64,000 nt of DNA, taken from assembly GCA_903929765.1 (NCBI GenBank), contig CAIYVX010000063.1, positions 10,174-74,173 on the forward strand. The letters are read 5' to 3'. The stretch is from an uncultured Planctomycetia bacterium (GTDB lineage Bacteria > Planctomycetota > Phycisphaerae > FEN-1346 > JAACEH01). A program made the translations under genes and the position numbers. Positions 25,310 to 34,563 of this stretch are shown here, piece by piece. A model generated the notes under the pieces. That model was not told where the DNA came from. It saw only the letters and a program-made list of their open reading frames with translations, and made no database searches. The first letter of the stretch is position 1. Every line of letters starts with the position of its first letter.

Positions 25310-26446
25310 CTACTTCTTTCTGCGCGGCGGCTTGTCGACGGATGCTGGGTCGGGTTGCCAGCGGAGGTCGGAATATTTGCTGTGGGGGAGCCAGAGGAAA
25401 TAGAGGATGGCGGCGGCGAAGACGAAGATGCCGACGGCCTGGGAGATGGAAAGGGAGCCGAAATAGATTTTGGCTTCGTCGACGCGGAGCATTTCGATCA
25501 GGAAGCGACTGACGGCCTTGAGGGCGAAGAAGCCGCCGATCAGGAGGCCGTGGCGCCAGCGGAGGCGGTAGCCGAGGTGGAGGACGAGGAAAATGAGGAA
25601 GGCGTTGAGGGCGCTGTAGAGTTGGGCGGGGTGGACGGGCATGGTGCGGAGGTCGCCCTGGCAGATCCGGTGGGCGTCCAGGTAGGCGGCGTAGGGAATG
25701 GAGCCGGCGGGCCAGGTGAGGCCCCAGGGCAGGTCGGTGGGTCCGCCGTAGCAGCAGCCGTTGAGGAAACAGCCGAGGCGGCCGAACATGAGGCCGAGGG
25801 CCAGGCTGGGGGCCATGATGTCGAGGAGTTGGAGCGGGTTGACACCGTAGCGGCGGCGGGCGTAGAGGAGATAGGGAATGGCGGCGAAGACGGCGAGGAG
25901 GATTCCGCCATAGGCGGTGAGACCGCCGCTGGTGACGGAAAGTGCCTGGATGAAGCCGTCGAAAGGCAGAGCGTTGGGGGAATAGCCGGCGGCCAGGGCG
26001 GCGGCGCGGGCGTGGATGATGAACCCGGCGCGGCCAAGGACGAGGGCGCCGAAGACCGCGTAAATTGTAATTGAGATAATAAAATGCTTTTTCACCTGGC
26101 GGGGGCCGGGGAGGATTCCGAAGGCGGCGGCGAGGGCGGCGCCGGCCAGTCCGGCGAGGGTCCACCAGAGGTCAAGTCCGCCGAGGAGGTTAAAACCGCC
26201 GAGCCAGTCGGGATAGCTGGCGGAATATTCGAGGACGTCGAAAAGCCGGGCGCCGACGATGCCGCCCAGGAGGGCGACGATGCCGAGGTTGTAGACGTGG
26301 TCGGGGCTGACGCCTTCGCGGCGGGCGCGCCAGGCGGCGACCAGGATGCCGGCGAGGAAGCCCAGGGCCAACATGAGGCCGTAGCCGTGGACGACGGGGT
26401 TCCAGTCGGTGAGCGGGACGTGAATCGTGAAAAGGGTCGGCTGCAT
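25310..26446 (-). CDS. lgt: Prolipoprotein diacylglyceryl transferase.
   Basis: Polytopic membrane protein carrying the Lgt signature around GRLGCFLNGCCYG. Confidence 0.9.
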   Translation of the reverse strand: MQPTLFTIHVPLTDWNPVVHGYGLMLALGFLAGILVAAWRARREGVSPDHVYNLGIVALLGGIVGARLFDVLEYSASYPDWLGGFNLLGGLDLWWTLAGLAGAALAAAFGILPGPRQVKKHFIISITIYAVFGALVLGRAGFIIHARAAALAAGYSPNALPFDGFIQALSVTSGGLTAYGGILLAVFAAIPYLLYARRRYGVNPLQLLDIMAPSLALGLMFGRLGCFLNGCCYGGPTDLPWGLTWPAGSIPYAAYLDAHRICQGDLRTMPVHPAQLYSALNAFLIFLVLHLGYRLRWRHGLLIGGFFALKAVSRFLIEMLRVDEAKIYFGSLSISQAVGIFVFAAAILYFLWLPHSKYSDLRWQPDPASVDKPPRRKK

Positions 26447-26456
26447 GAGTGGCGGG

Positions 26457-26819
26457 CTATTTCTCCAGGTAGCCGGTGAAGCGGTTCTTCTCGTCAACGA
26501 GGGCGATCTTGGGTTTCAGCGTGGCGGCCTCTTCGGGGGTGACCCAGGCGAAGCCCATGATGATGAGGATGTCGCCGACTTCGCCGAGCCGGGCGGCGGC
26601 GCCGTTGAGGACGACTTCGCCGGAGCCGCGGTCACCGGGGATGACGTAGGTTTCGTGGCGTGAGCCGTTGTTGACGTTGGCGACAAGGACAGATTCCCAG
26701 GGCAGGAGGCCGGCGCGGTCGATCAGATCGGGGTCGAGGCGGATCGAGCCGGGGTAGTTGACGTTCTTGTCGGTGAGGGTGGCGCGGTGGATTTTACTTT
26801 TTAACAACTTCAGGAACAT
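26457..26819 (-). CDS. panD: Aspartate 1-decarboxylase.
   Basis: MFLKLLKSKIHRATLTD...VNYPGSI...VANVNNGSRHETYVIPG matches PanD, including the self-cleavage GS motif. Confidence 0.9.
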   Translation of the reverse strand: MFLKLLKSKIHRATLTDKNVNYPGSIRLDPDLIDRAGLLPWESVLVANVNNGSRHETYVIPGDRGSGEVVLNGAAARLGEVGDILIIMGFAWVTPEEAATLKPKIALVDEKNRFTGYLEK

Positions 26820-26891
26820 AAGAGACATTCTCCTCTGACGAAGCACACTTTGCCCCCGAACAGCCGAGGGTCAAGACGTGGCCTCCCCATT

Positions 26892-27749
26892 TTACGCTTC
26901 GGGGCGGCACTCGACCAGCACATTATCGATAAGCCGGGCATCGCCGCAATAGACGGCCACGGCGATGAGCACCTGGCCGACCAGGGGGACGACGAGTTCG
27001 AGGGTTTCGGCGTCGACGATTTCGATGTACTCGACCTTGAGCTTGCCCTCGGCGACGAGTTCGGCGCGGATGAGGTCGGTGACGGTGCGTGGGCTGCGCT
27101 CGCCGCGTTCGACGATTTCGCGGGCTTGCTGGAGGGCGCGGGGAATGGCCAAAGCCCATTGCCGCGCTTCGGCGGAGAGGTAGGCGTTGCGGCTGGACAT
27201 GGCCAGGCCGTCGGCCTCGCGGTGGGTGGCGACGCCGATGACTTCGAGCTGGAGGTCGAGGTCGCGGACGGTGCGCTGGACGACCTTGAACTGCTGGTAG
27301 TCCTTGAGGCCGAAATAGGCGCGGTCGGGGCGGACGATGTTGAAGAACTTGAGGCAGACGGTGGCGACGCCGCGAAAGTGGCCGGGGCGGCGCGCGCCGC
27401 ACAGGCCTTCGGTCATGGCCTCTTCCTCGACCCAGGTGCTGTGGGTTTCGGCGTAAACCTCTTCGGCGGCGGGGGCAAAAATCAGGTGAGCGCCGGCCTG
27501 CTCGGCCAAGCTGCGGTCGGCTTCAAGGTTGCGGGGATAGGAGAGAAAATCCTCGGACGGGCCGAACTGGGTCGGGTTGACGAAAATGCTGAGGACGACG
27601 AAACCGTTCTCGGCGGCGCGCTGGAGCAGGGTCTGGTGGCCGGCGTGAAGGGCGCCCATGGTCGGGACGAAGCCGATGGACTTGCCGGCGGCGCGGGCGG
27701 CCTCGACGGCGCGGCGGACTTCGAGTTTGGTAGTGACGACTTCGGCCAT
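26892..27749 (-). CDS. panC: Pantoate--beta-alanine ligase.
   Basis: GFVPTMGALHAGHQTLL (HIGH-like motif) and RPDRAYFGLKDYQQ. Confidence 0.9.
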   Translation of the reverse strand: MAEVVTTKLEVRRAVEAARAAGKSIGFVPTMGALHAGHQTLLQRAAENGFVVLSIFVNPTQFGPSEDFLSYPRNLEADRSLAEQAGAHLIFAPAAEEVYAETHSTWVEEEAMTEGLCGARRPGHFRGVATVCLKFFNIVRPDRAYFGLKDYQQFKVVQRTVRDLDLQLEVIGVATHREADGLAMSSRNAYLSAEARQWALAIPRALQQAREIVERGERSPRTVTDLIRAELVAEGKLKVEYIEIVDAETLELVVPLVGQVLIAVAVYCGDARLIDNVLVECRPEA

Positions 27750-27777
27750 AAAAAAATCCTCTGACCCCTCAGTCAGG

Positions 27778-27805
27778 ATGTCGGGTCTGTTGACCCGACC
27801 TACAT
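27778..27805. repeat. REP-type palindrome (ATGTCGGGTC-TGTT-GACCCGACCTACAT) between the folK stop codon and the panC start codon.
   Basis: Perfect 8-bp stem. Same family as 525-550. Confidence 0.8.
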
Positions 27806-27814
27806 TCCGAGCAG

Positions 27815-28273
27815 TTACATTGTATCAAGCAATTGCCGAATCGTCAGGCCGGTAATTGGATCAACGGCTTGCGGAGCGATGGCGGCGAGCGGTTCGAGTA
27901 CGAACCGGCGCTCGCGCAAACGCAGGTGCGGCACGCGAAGGCGGCCGGTGGCGACTATGCGATTGCCGTAAAGAAGCAGATCGAGGTCGATGGTTCGCGG
28001 TGCCCAGCGGACGATTCGCTCGCGGCCGAGGCGGCGCTCGATGGCTTGGAGCAGGTCGAGCAGGGCTTCGGGGTCGAGGGCGGTTTCCAGCGCGGCAGCG
28101 GCATTGAGAAACTGCGGCTGATTCGGCGGTCCGCCGGCGGGCGCGGTTTCGAGATAGGGGCTGACGGCAACGACTTCGATTCCGGCGGTGGCCCGCAGGG
28201 CGGCGACGGCGGCGTCGAGAGCGGTGCGGCGGTCGCCGAGGTTGCTGCCAAGAGAGAGGAAGGCGCGCGCCAT
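27815..28273 (-). CDS. folK: 2-amino-4-hydroxy-6-hydroxymethyldihydropteridine pyrophosphokinase.
   Basis: AFLSLGSNLGDR...ATAGIEVVAVSPYLETAP...RWAPRTIDLDLL are the canonical HPPK motifs. Confidence 0.9.
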   Translation of the reverse strand: MARAFLSLGSNLGDRRTALDAAVAALRATAGIEVVAVSPYLETAPAGGPPNQPQFLNAAAALETALDPEALLDLLQAIERRLGRERIVRWAPRTIDLDLLLYGNRIVATGRLRVPHLRLRERRFVLEPLAAIAPQAVDPITGLTIRQLLDTM

Positions 28274-28287
28274 AATTATTTTCAGCC

Positions 28288-29466
28288 CTATTTTTTCAAT
28301 CCCAGCTTGGCGATGCGGGCGATGGCTTCGTCAATTTTGGCGGGTTCGACGGTCAGGGCGAAACGGATGTAGCCGTCGCCGCTGGGGCCGAAGCCGACGC
28401 CGGGAGTGCAAACGATGTCGCACTTCTCCAGGAGCAGCGAAGCCAGGGCGACGCTGGAATAGCCGGCGGGGCATTTGACCCAGACGTAAAACGTGGCGTG
28501 CGGCTCGTTAGGTTCCAGGCCGACGCTGCGCAGGCCGGCGACGAGGCGGTCGCGGCGCTCTTTGTACATGTGGCGCAGGTCGCGGATTTCGGGGCGGTCG
28601 GAGCCTTCGAGGGCGGTGATGCCGACCCGCTGAATGGCGGTGAAGACGCCGCTGTCGACGTTGCTCTTGATCTGCTGAAGGGCGGCGACGAGGTCGGCGT
28701 TGCCGCAGGCCCAGCCGAGCCGCCACCCGGTCATGTTGAAAGGTTTGGAGAAGCTGTGGAATTCGATGGTCACGTCGCGGGCGCCAGGGATTTCGAGGAG
28801 GCTCAGCGGGCGGTCGGCTTCGTCGTAAAAAACTTCGGTGTAGGCGGCATCGGAGGCGATGATGAGGTCGTGCTTTTTGGCGAAGGCGACCAGTTCGACG
28901 TAAAATTCGCGGCTGGCGCAGGCCGAGGTCGGATTGTTCGGGTAGTTGACGAAAATCAGTTTCGCTTTTTTCAGGACGGCGGCGGGAATGGCGGCGAGGT
29001 CGGGGAGGAAATTATTTTTCTCCAGGAGCGGCATGAGGTGCGGCTCGGCGCCGGCGAAGATGGAACTGGAGCGGTAGGGCGGATAGCCAGGCTCGGGGAC
29101 GAGGACGACGTCGCCGGGGTTGCAGACGGCCAGGGGAAAATGGGCGATGGCCTCTTTTGAGCCGATGGTCGGGAGGATTTCGCGTTTGGGGTCGAGTTCG
29201 ACGCCGAAGCGGCCTTTGAACCAGGTGGCAATGGCCTGGCGCAGGCCGGGATCGCCTTCGTCGAGGGCGTACTGGTGGGTCTTGGGATCGTTGGCAAATT
29301 TGGCCAGGGCGTCGACGATAAATTGCGGCGTGGGGCGGTCGGGGTCGCCGATGCCGAGGTTGAGGATCGGACGGCCGGCGGCAATGGCGGCTTTCTTCTT
29401 GCGGTCGATTTCGGCGAAGAGGTAGGGCGGGAGAACCTGAAGACGTTTTGCTTTCTCGAATGCCAT
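28288..29466 (-). CDS. dapL: LL-diaminopimelate aminotransferase (DapL-type class I aminotransferase).
   Basis: The start is MAFEKAKRLQVLPPYLFAEID. The PLP-lysine region is SFSKPFNMTGWRLGW, and the YLFAEI N-terminal block is characteristic of DapL. Confidence 0.8.
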   Translation of the reverse strand: MAFEKAKRLQVLPPYLFAEIDRKKKAAIAAGRPILNLGIGDPDRPTPQFIVDALAKFANDPKTHQYALDEGDPGLRQAIATWFKGRFGVELDPKREILPTIGSKEAIAHFPLAVCNPGDVVLVPEPGYPPYRSSSIFAGAEPHLMPLLEKNNFLPDLAAIPAAVLKKAKLIFVNYPNNPTSACASREFYVELVAFAKKHDLIIASDAAYTEVFYDEADRPLSLLEIPGARDVTIEFHSFSKPFNMTGWRLGWACGNADLVAALQQIKSNVDSGVFTAIQRVGITALEGSDRPEIRDLRHMYKERRDRLVAGLRSVGLEPNEPHATFYVWVKCPAGYSSVALASLLLEKCDIVCTPGVGFGPSGDGYIRFALTVEPAKIDEAIARIAKLGLKK

Positions 29467-29597
29467 ATTCTGGCCTTTCTTTTCCGGCAAGGGACCAACG
29501 GGAAACACCTGATTATAAATTGTGGCGGCGCGGGGTACACGAAAAAAGTGCGCGGCGTTGCGTTGGCTGCGGCGATGTGGTACTTTGTGGTTCTCTT

Positions 29598-31376
29598 ATG
29601 GCCGACCTAAACCCCATTCTCCGCCGCGAGATTTTTCCGTTCGTCGAGCGGCCGGTGCAGTACATCGGCGGCGAGGTGAACTCGGTGGTCAAAGATTGGG
29701 ACGCGACGGCGGTGCGGTTCTGCCTGGCCTTTCCGGACACCTACGCCATCGGGATTTCACATCACGGGTCGGGAATCATTTATGAAATGCTGAACGCCCG
29801 GGCAGACACGCTGTGCGAACGGACCTACCTGCCGTGGATCGACGCCCAGGACCGGATGCGGAAGGCGGGCGTGGGGCTTTGGTCGTGGGAGACACGGCGG
29901 CCGGTGGGGGATTTCGACATTCTGGGCGTCTGCCTGCAATACGAATTGCTCTACACCAACGTGCTGGCCATGCTCGACCTGGCGGGGATTCCGCTGCGGT
30001 CGGCGGAGCGGCGCGAGACGGATCCGCTGGTGCTGGCGGGCGGTCCGGGAACGAACAATCCGGAGCCGATGGCCCCGTTCATCGACCTGTTCTACATCGG
30101 CGACGCCGAGGCGGGGCTGCCGGCGGTGCTGGACGAATTTACCGCCATGAAACGGGCGGAGCCGGGGCTGCGGCGCGAAGAGAAGATTCTGCGGCTGGCG
30201 GCGAAATTCCCGTTCCTCTATGCTCCGGCGTTTTACGAGCCGAGCTACAATCCGGACGGGACGCTGCGCGAGATTCGGCCGACGCGGTCGGAGTTGCCGG
30301 CGGTGATCGAGGCGGCGTTCGTGGAAGATCTGGACGCGGCGCCGAGCGTGGTGCGGCCGATTGTGCCGTTCGCGGAGGCGGTGCATGACCGGGTGTCGAT
30401 TGAGATTATGCGGGGCTGCCCGCGACGGTGTCGGTTCTGCGAGGCGGGGCACACAAAGGGGAAGTTGCGGCTCCGGTCGCCGGAAAAAATTCTGGAAATC
30501 GCCCGGGCGGCGATTGCGGCCACGGGGTACGAGGAAATTACGCTGCTCTCTTTGAGTTCGTCGGACCATCCGGAACTGTTTCGGATTCTCGATATGCTGG
30601 ACGCGGAGTTTCGCGATAAGAACGTGTCGCTGTCGCTGCCGAGCCTGCGGACGAACGAGCAGTTAGCGGATTTGCCGGCCCTGTTGACGCGCGGGCGGAA
30701 GAGCGGGTTGACGCTGGTACCGGAGGCGGCGACTGATCGGTTGCGGCGGGCGATTGGCAAGGACATCGACGAGCAGCACCTGATCGACGGGGCGCGGGAG
30801 GCGTTTCGGCGCGGATGGATGTCGATCAAACTTTATTTTATGGCCGGGTTGCCGGGGGAAACGCCGGAGGACTTGGACGCGATTTGCGGGCTGGCGGCGC
30901 GGCTGGCGAACTTGCGGCGCGAGTTTACGAAAGGTCCGGGGCAGATCAACGTGGCGGTTTCGACTCTGGTTCCTCGGCCGCACACGCCGCTCCAGTGGCT
31001 GGCCATGCCGGACGAGGCGGCCATCGGCGAGACGCGGCGGCGGCTGCGCGAACGGTTCCGGCCGCTAGGTCACATGCACCTTAAATTTCACCACATCGAA
31101 CGGACGGTGCTGGAAGGCGTGTTAGCGCGCGGCGACCGGCGGATGGCCGCGGCCATTGAGGGGGCCTACCGGCGCGGGGCGCGGTTCGACGCCTGGGACG
31201 AGACGTTTATCTATTCGAAGTGGGTCGAGGCGTTTTCTGCGGCAGGGATCGACCCGGCGTGGTACGCCCATCGGCAGCGCGGGCTGGAGGAAGTTCTGCC
31301 GTGGTCACATATTCTGTTGGGGCTGACTCCGGAGCAATTGCGGCGACAGTATGAGGCAACGCTGGCGGCGCTGTAG
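29598..31376 (+). CDS. Uncharacterised radical-SAM protein with an N-terminal B12-binding-like domain (TIGR03960-like).
   Basis: The radical-SAM cluster IMRGCPRRCRFCEAG sits in the middle of a 593-aa protein. The N-terminal block is RPVQYIGGEVNSVVKDW. The start is MADLNPIL at 29598. Confidence 0.75.
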   Translation: MADLNPILRREIFPFVERPVQYIGGEVNSVVKDWDATAVRFCLAFPDTYAIGISHHGSGIIYEMLNARADTLCERTYLPWIDAQDRMRKAGVGLWSWETRRPVGDFDILGVCLQYELLYTNVLAMLDLAGIPLRSAERRETDPLVLAGGPGTNNPEPMAPFIDLFYIGDAEAGLPAVLDEFTAMKRAEPGLRREEKILRLAAKFPFLYAPAFYEPSYNPDGTLREIRPTRSELPAVIEAAFVEDLDAAPSVVRPIVPFAEAVHDRVSIEIMRGCPRRCRFCEAGHTKGKLRLRSPEKILEIARAAIAATGYEEITLLSLSSSDHPELFRILDMLDAEFRDKNVSLSLPSLRTNEQLADLPALLTRGRKSGLTLVPEAATDRLRRAIGKDIDEQHLIDGAREAFRRGWMSIKLYFMAGLPGETPEDLDAICGLAARLANLRREFTKGPGQINVAVSTLVPRPHTPLQWLAMPDEAAIGETRRRLRERFRPLGHMHLKFHHIERTVLEGVLARGDRRMAAAIEGAYRRGARFDAWDETFIYSKWVEAFSAAGIDPAWYAHRQRGLEEVLPWSHILLGLTPEQLRRQYEATLAAL

Positions 31377-31397
31377 GATGACGTCGCCCCATATGAC

Positions 31398-31425
31398 TTG
31401 ACTTACGTCTAGCCCGTGCTATACT
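31398..31425 (+). promoter_or_regulatory. Near-consensus sigma70 promoter TTGACT-N16-TATACT. It ends 6 nt before the hicA ATG, which implies a leaderless or near-leaderless hicAB transcript.
   Basis: TTGACT at 31398-31403 and TATACT at 31420-31425, visible in the sequence. Confidence 0.65.
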
Positions 31426-31431
31426 ATTGAC

Positions 31432-31611
31432 ATGCCGAGCGAGGTCAGATACTCGGAAGTGAAAAAGATGCTGGAAGCCAAGGGCTACCGGTTTGACCGG
31501 GTCAATGGTTCGCATCATGTCTTCGTCAAGCCCGGCTGCAACCACAAAAGCGTGCCGGTTCATGGCGGAAAGGTGAAATATGGTTACGTCAGGCAAATCG
31601 AAAAACTCTAA
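31432..31611 (+). CDS. hicA: HicA-family mRNA interferase toxin (59 aa). It is absent from the supplied ORF track because it is below the length cut-off.
   Basis: The manual translation is MPSEVRYSEVKKMLEAKGYRFDRVNGSHHVFVKPGCNHKSVPVHGGKVKYGYVRQIEKL. The G.R....GSHH.F block matches the HicA/YcfA family. Confidence 0.8.
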   Translation: MPSEVRYSEVKKMLEAKGYRFDRVNGSHHVFVKPGCNHKSVPVHGGKVKYGYVRQIEKL

Positions 31612-32047
31612 GCGCGGGAAAACTCTCGATCCGGCCCGGCCCTTCGATCCGGCGATTCTGGTCCGGGCCAGGACCATCGCCGAGCGCTATCAGATTGTGT
31701 TGGAGCGCGAGGACGATTGGTGGTACGGCCACGGGTTGGAACAGCCGGGGGCCGGAGGTGACGGGGCAACGATCGAAGCCGCCGTGGCTGACACTCGCGA
31801 AGCACTGGTCACCATAACGGCTTACATGCTCGAAAAGGGCGAACGACCGCCCGCACCGGCCAACGAAGGTCTCCGCACCGAACAGGTCAACATCCGGCTG
31901 ACGGCAGAAGAACGTCTGCATTTGGAGAGCCGCTCCCAGGCTCAAGGTTTCAGAGGGCTATCGGACTTTGTGCGGGCGGTGGCTCTGGCGGATGCTCCGG
32001 CCAAAACCGCGACCGTGGTTCGGCCGAGGCGGCGCGCTCGCAAGTGA
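31580..32047 (+). CDS. hicB: HicB-family antitoxin with a C-terminal ribbon-helix-helix domain.
   Basis: It overlaps the hicA 3' end by 32 nt. The N-terminal HicB-like fold is YQIVLEREDDWWYGHGLE...TIEAAVADTREAL, and the RHH-like block is VNIRLTAEERLHLESRSQAQGFRGLSDFVRAVAL. Confidence 0.8.
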   Translation: MVTSGKSKNSKRGKTLDPARPFDPAILVRARTIAERYQIVLEREDDWWYGHGLEQPGAGGDGATIEAAVADTREALVTITAYMLEKGERPPAPANEGLRTEQVNIRLTAEERLHLESRSQAQGFRGLSDFVRAVALADAPAKTATVVRPRRRARK

Positions 32048-32060
32048 TCGGCACACGAAA

Positions 32061-32612
32061 ATGGACTTCGTCGCCATAGATTTTGAGACGGCCAATTACG
32101 AGCGGGACTCGGCTTGTTCCATCGGTTGGGCGGTGGTCAGGAACGACGCGGTCGTGAGCAACGGCGTGCGACTGATTCGCCCGCCCTACCGGCATTTTGA
32201 ATACCGCTTTACCGAGTTGCATGGCCTCACCTGGGAGGACGTGGCGACGGCGCCGACGTTCGGGGATCTCTGGCCGGAACTTCACGAGTTGTTAGAGGGA
32301 CAAATGCTGGCGGCGCACAATGCGCCGTTTGACATGGGCGTGCTGGGGGCGCTCCTGGACCGGTACCGGCTGCGGTCGCCGAAATCGTCGTATTTCTGCA
32401 CCTGCGTGCTGGCCCGCCGGGCGTGGCCCGAACTGCCAAATCACAAGCTGGGAACCGTGGCGAGGCACCTCGGCATTCCCCTGAACCATCATCAGGCGGA
32501 ATCCGACGCGGTGGCCTGCGCGCGAATTGCTATTGCGGCGAACGTCGCTTTGGCTGCGGTTGGGCCGCCGGTGAAGACCACGAGCGTGGCCCGGCGGCGA
32601 GGTCGGAAATAA
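32061..32612 (+). CDS. DEDDh-family 3'-5' exonuclease (DnaQ/epsilon-like domain).
   Basis: AIDFETAN (Exo I), LAAHNAPFDMGVL (Exo II) and HQAESDAVACARI (Exo III). Confidence 0.85.
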   Translation: MDFVAIDFETANYERDSACSIGWAVVRNDAVVSNGVRLIRPPYRHFEYRFTELHGLTWEDVATAPTFGDLWPELHELLEGQMLAAHNAPFDMGVLGALLDRYRLRSPKSSYFCTCVLARRAWPELPNHKLGTVARHLGIPLNHHQAESDAVACARIAIAANVALAAVGPPVKTTSVARRRGRK

Positions 32613-32633
32613 ACCTGAGCAATTCCCTTCTGA

Positions 32634-33272
32634 TTACAACAGCGATTTGAGCCGCAGAATGATCAGGGCGGCGGAGACGCCGAGGATGACCAGGCCGGCG
32701 ACGCCGAGGATGTTGCGGACTTCGGGGTCGACAAAGGTGAAGGGCCGGTCAGCGATTTCCAAAACCGTAGCCAGGAGCGAGCCGGGCTTGCTCAGAATGG
32801 CGGCGAGGGGGGAGGGCTTTTTGGGGGCGGCGGTTTCGTCGGCCTTGGCGGGTTTTTCGGCGCGGGGTTTGGATTTTTTCTCCGGCTTGGCTTCAGGCTC
32901 GGCGGGCTTTTCGATCAGGCCTTGGCGCTCGGCGGCGCTGACGGCTTCGGCGGAGGCGGCGCGGCCGGCGGCGAGAGGATCGTCTGCGGGTGGCTCGGAC
33001 TTGACGGGCGGCTGGGTTGGGGCTTCCGCTTTCGGATCGGCGGATTTGGCGGTTTCCTGGGCGGCGACTTCGTCGAGTAGGACTTTCTGGGCCTCGGCGT
33101 CGCTGGCGGCTTCGTCGTCGGAGGAGTGGGCGTTGGCTTTGGCCGGGGCGGCGGCCTTGGCGGGAAAGGCGGCGTCGACTTCCTTGTCGATTTGCTCTTT
33201 CATCGCAGCTTCCAGAGGGGCGGATGCCTCCCCTTCGGCCGCAGACTCATTTTTAGATTCCTCTTCAGCCAT
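32634..33272 (-). CDS. Hypothetical Ala/Glu/Lys-rich protein with a C-terminal transmembrane anchor.
   Basis: The start is MAEEESKNE. The protein is low-complexity and acidic/basic, with a hydrophobic C-terminus ILGVAGLVILGVSAALIIL. It lies directly downstream of trmD. Confidence 0.4.
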   Translation of the reverse strand: MAEEESKNESAAEGEASAPLEAAMKEQIDKEVDAAFPAKAAAPAKANAHSSDDEAASDAEAQKVLLDEVAAQETAKSADPKAEAPTQPPVKSEPPADDPLAAGRAASAEAVSAAERQGLIEKPAEPEAKPEKKSKPRAEKPAKADETAAPKKPSPLAAILSKPGSLLATVLEIADRPFTFVDPEVRNILGVAGLVILGVSAALIILRLKSLL

Positions 33273-33304
33273 ACTACACTTTTCGACTTTCAGGGCGTCC
33301 GGCC

Positions 33305-33982
33305 TCAAATAATATCCGGGCGGCGCTGGTGGGTGCGGAGGCGGGCCTGTTCGCGGCGCCATTTTTCGATTTCGCCGTGGTGTCCGGAAAGGAGGATGTC
33401 GGGGACGGCATCGCCGCGAAATTCGCGCGGACGGGTGTACTGGGGATATTCGAGGACACCGCTGGTGAAAGACTCGTCCTGGCAGGACTGGTCGTCGCCG
33501 AGGACGCCGGGAACGAGCCGGGTGACGGCGTCGGTGAGGACCATGGCGGGCAGCTCGCCGCCGGTGAGGACGTAATCGCCGATGGAGATTTCCTCAGTGA
33601 CGAAGCGGCGGACGCGTTCGTCGATGCCTTCGTAGTGGCCGCAGATCAGGGTGAGGCGCAGTTGCTGGGCGAGGCGTTCGGCCATGGGCTGGCGGAAGGG
33701 TTCGCCCTGGGGCGTGAGGAGGATGATGGGGCCGCGGCGGTGGTCAAGAGCCTCGACGGCGGCCAGGCAGTCGGCCACGGGCTGGACCATCATGACCATG
33801 CCTGGTCCGCCGCCGAAGGGCGAGTCGTCAACCTTCTGGTGCTTGTCGTGGGTGTGTTCGCGGATATTGTGGAGATGGACGTTGACCAGGCCCTTTTCGG
33901 CGGCGATGCGCATCATGCTCTCGGAGGCGAACCCGGCAAACATTTCGGGGAAGAGCGTGAGGATGTCGACGCGGAGGGCCAT
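33305..33982 (-). CDS. trmD: tRNA (guanine37-N1)-methyltransferase.
   Basis: [24 protein letters not shown] and the SPOUT-knot region. Confidence 0.9.
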   Translation of the reverse strand: MALRVDILTLFPEMFAGFASESMMRIAAEKGLVNVHLHNIREHTHDKHQKVDDSPFGGGPGMVMMVQPVADCLAAVEALDHRRGPIILLTPQGEPFRQPMAERLAQQLRLTLICGHYEGIDERVRRFVTEEISIGDYVLTGGELPAMVLTDAVTRLVPGVLGDDQSCQDESFTSGVLEYPQYTRPREFRGDAVPDILLSGHHGEIEKWRREQARLRTHQRRPDII

Positions 33983-34085
33983 GAGCGAATCTCAGAAAAG
34001 AAACGTGCCGCGACCGGCTCTAGGGCCGCGCGGCACAGGTTGCTTTATAAACGACCGCATGGCTGCCAGCAGCCACCCCGCCTTC

Positions 34086-34367
34086 TTACGCCGTCGGTTC
34101 GAGCTTGGCGGCAACGGGCTTTTTGAAGAAGCCGGCCTTCTTGAGGAACGAGCGGACGGTGTCGGACGGCTGGGCGCCGACGCTGAGCCAGTACTGGACG
34201 CGGTCAGCGTTGAAGCGGACCTTTTTGTCGTCGGCGGCATGAGGATCGTAGCTGCCGAGTTCCTCGATGATGCGACCGTCGCGAGCGGAGCGGCCGTCGA
34301 TGGCATTGATGCGGTAAAACGGGCTGTTGGTCCGCCCGATGCGTTTCATTCTGATTTTTACGGCCAA
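34086..34367 (-). CDS. rpsP: 30S ribosomal protein S16.
   Basis: MAVKIRMKRIGRTNSPFYRI...GSYDP is canonical bS16. Confidence 0.95.
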   Translation of the reverse strand: MAVKIRMKRIGRTNSPFYRINAIDGRSARDGRIIEELGSYDPHAADDKKVRFNADRVQYWLSVGAQPSDTVRSFLKKAGFFKKPVAAKLEPTA

Positions 34368-34563
34368 GAGTGCGTCCTCCGATTGTCAGGACAGTTACCG
34401 CCCCGCATTGGTTTACGGGGAACCGGATAGAATAGCAGCCCGCGGCCTTTAATTCAAGCAAAATTGTGAGAAACCGTTGACATTCAACCTCAAAAACAAC
34501 AAAAAAAGCATCCTCCGGCCGTGCTGGTGGGCTTCAAAAGAAAAAGCAAAGCCAAGCAGCCCC

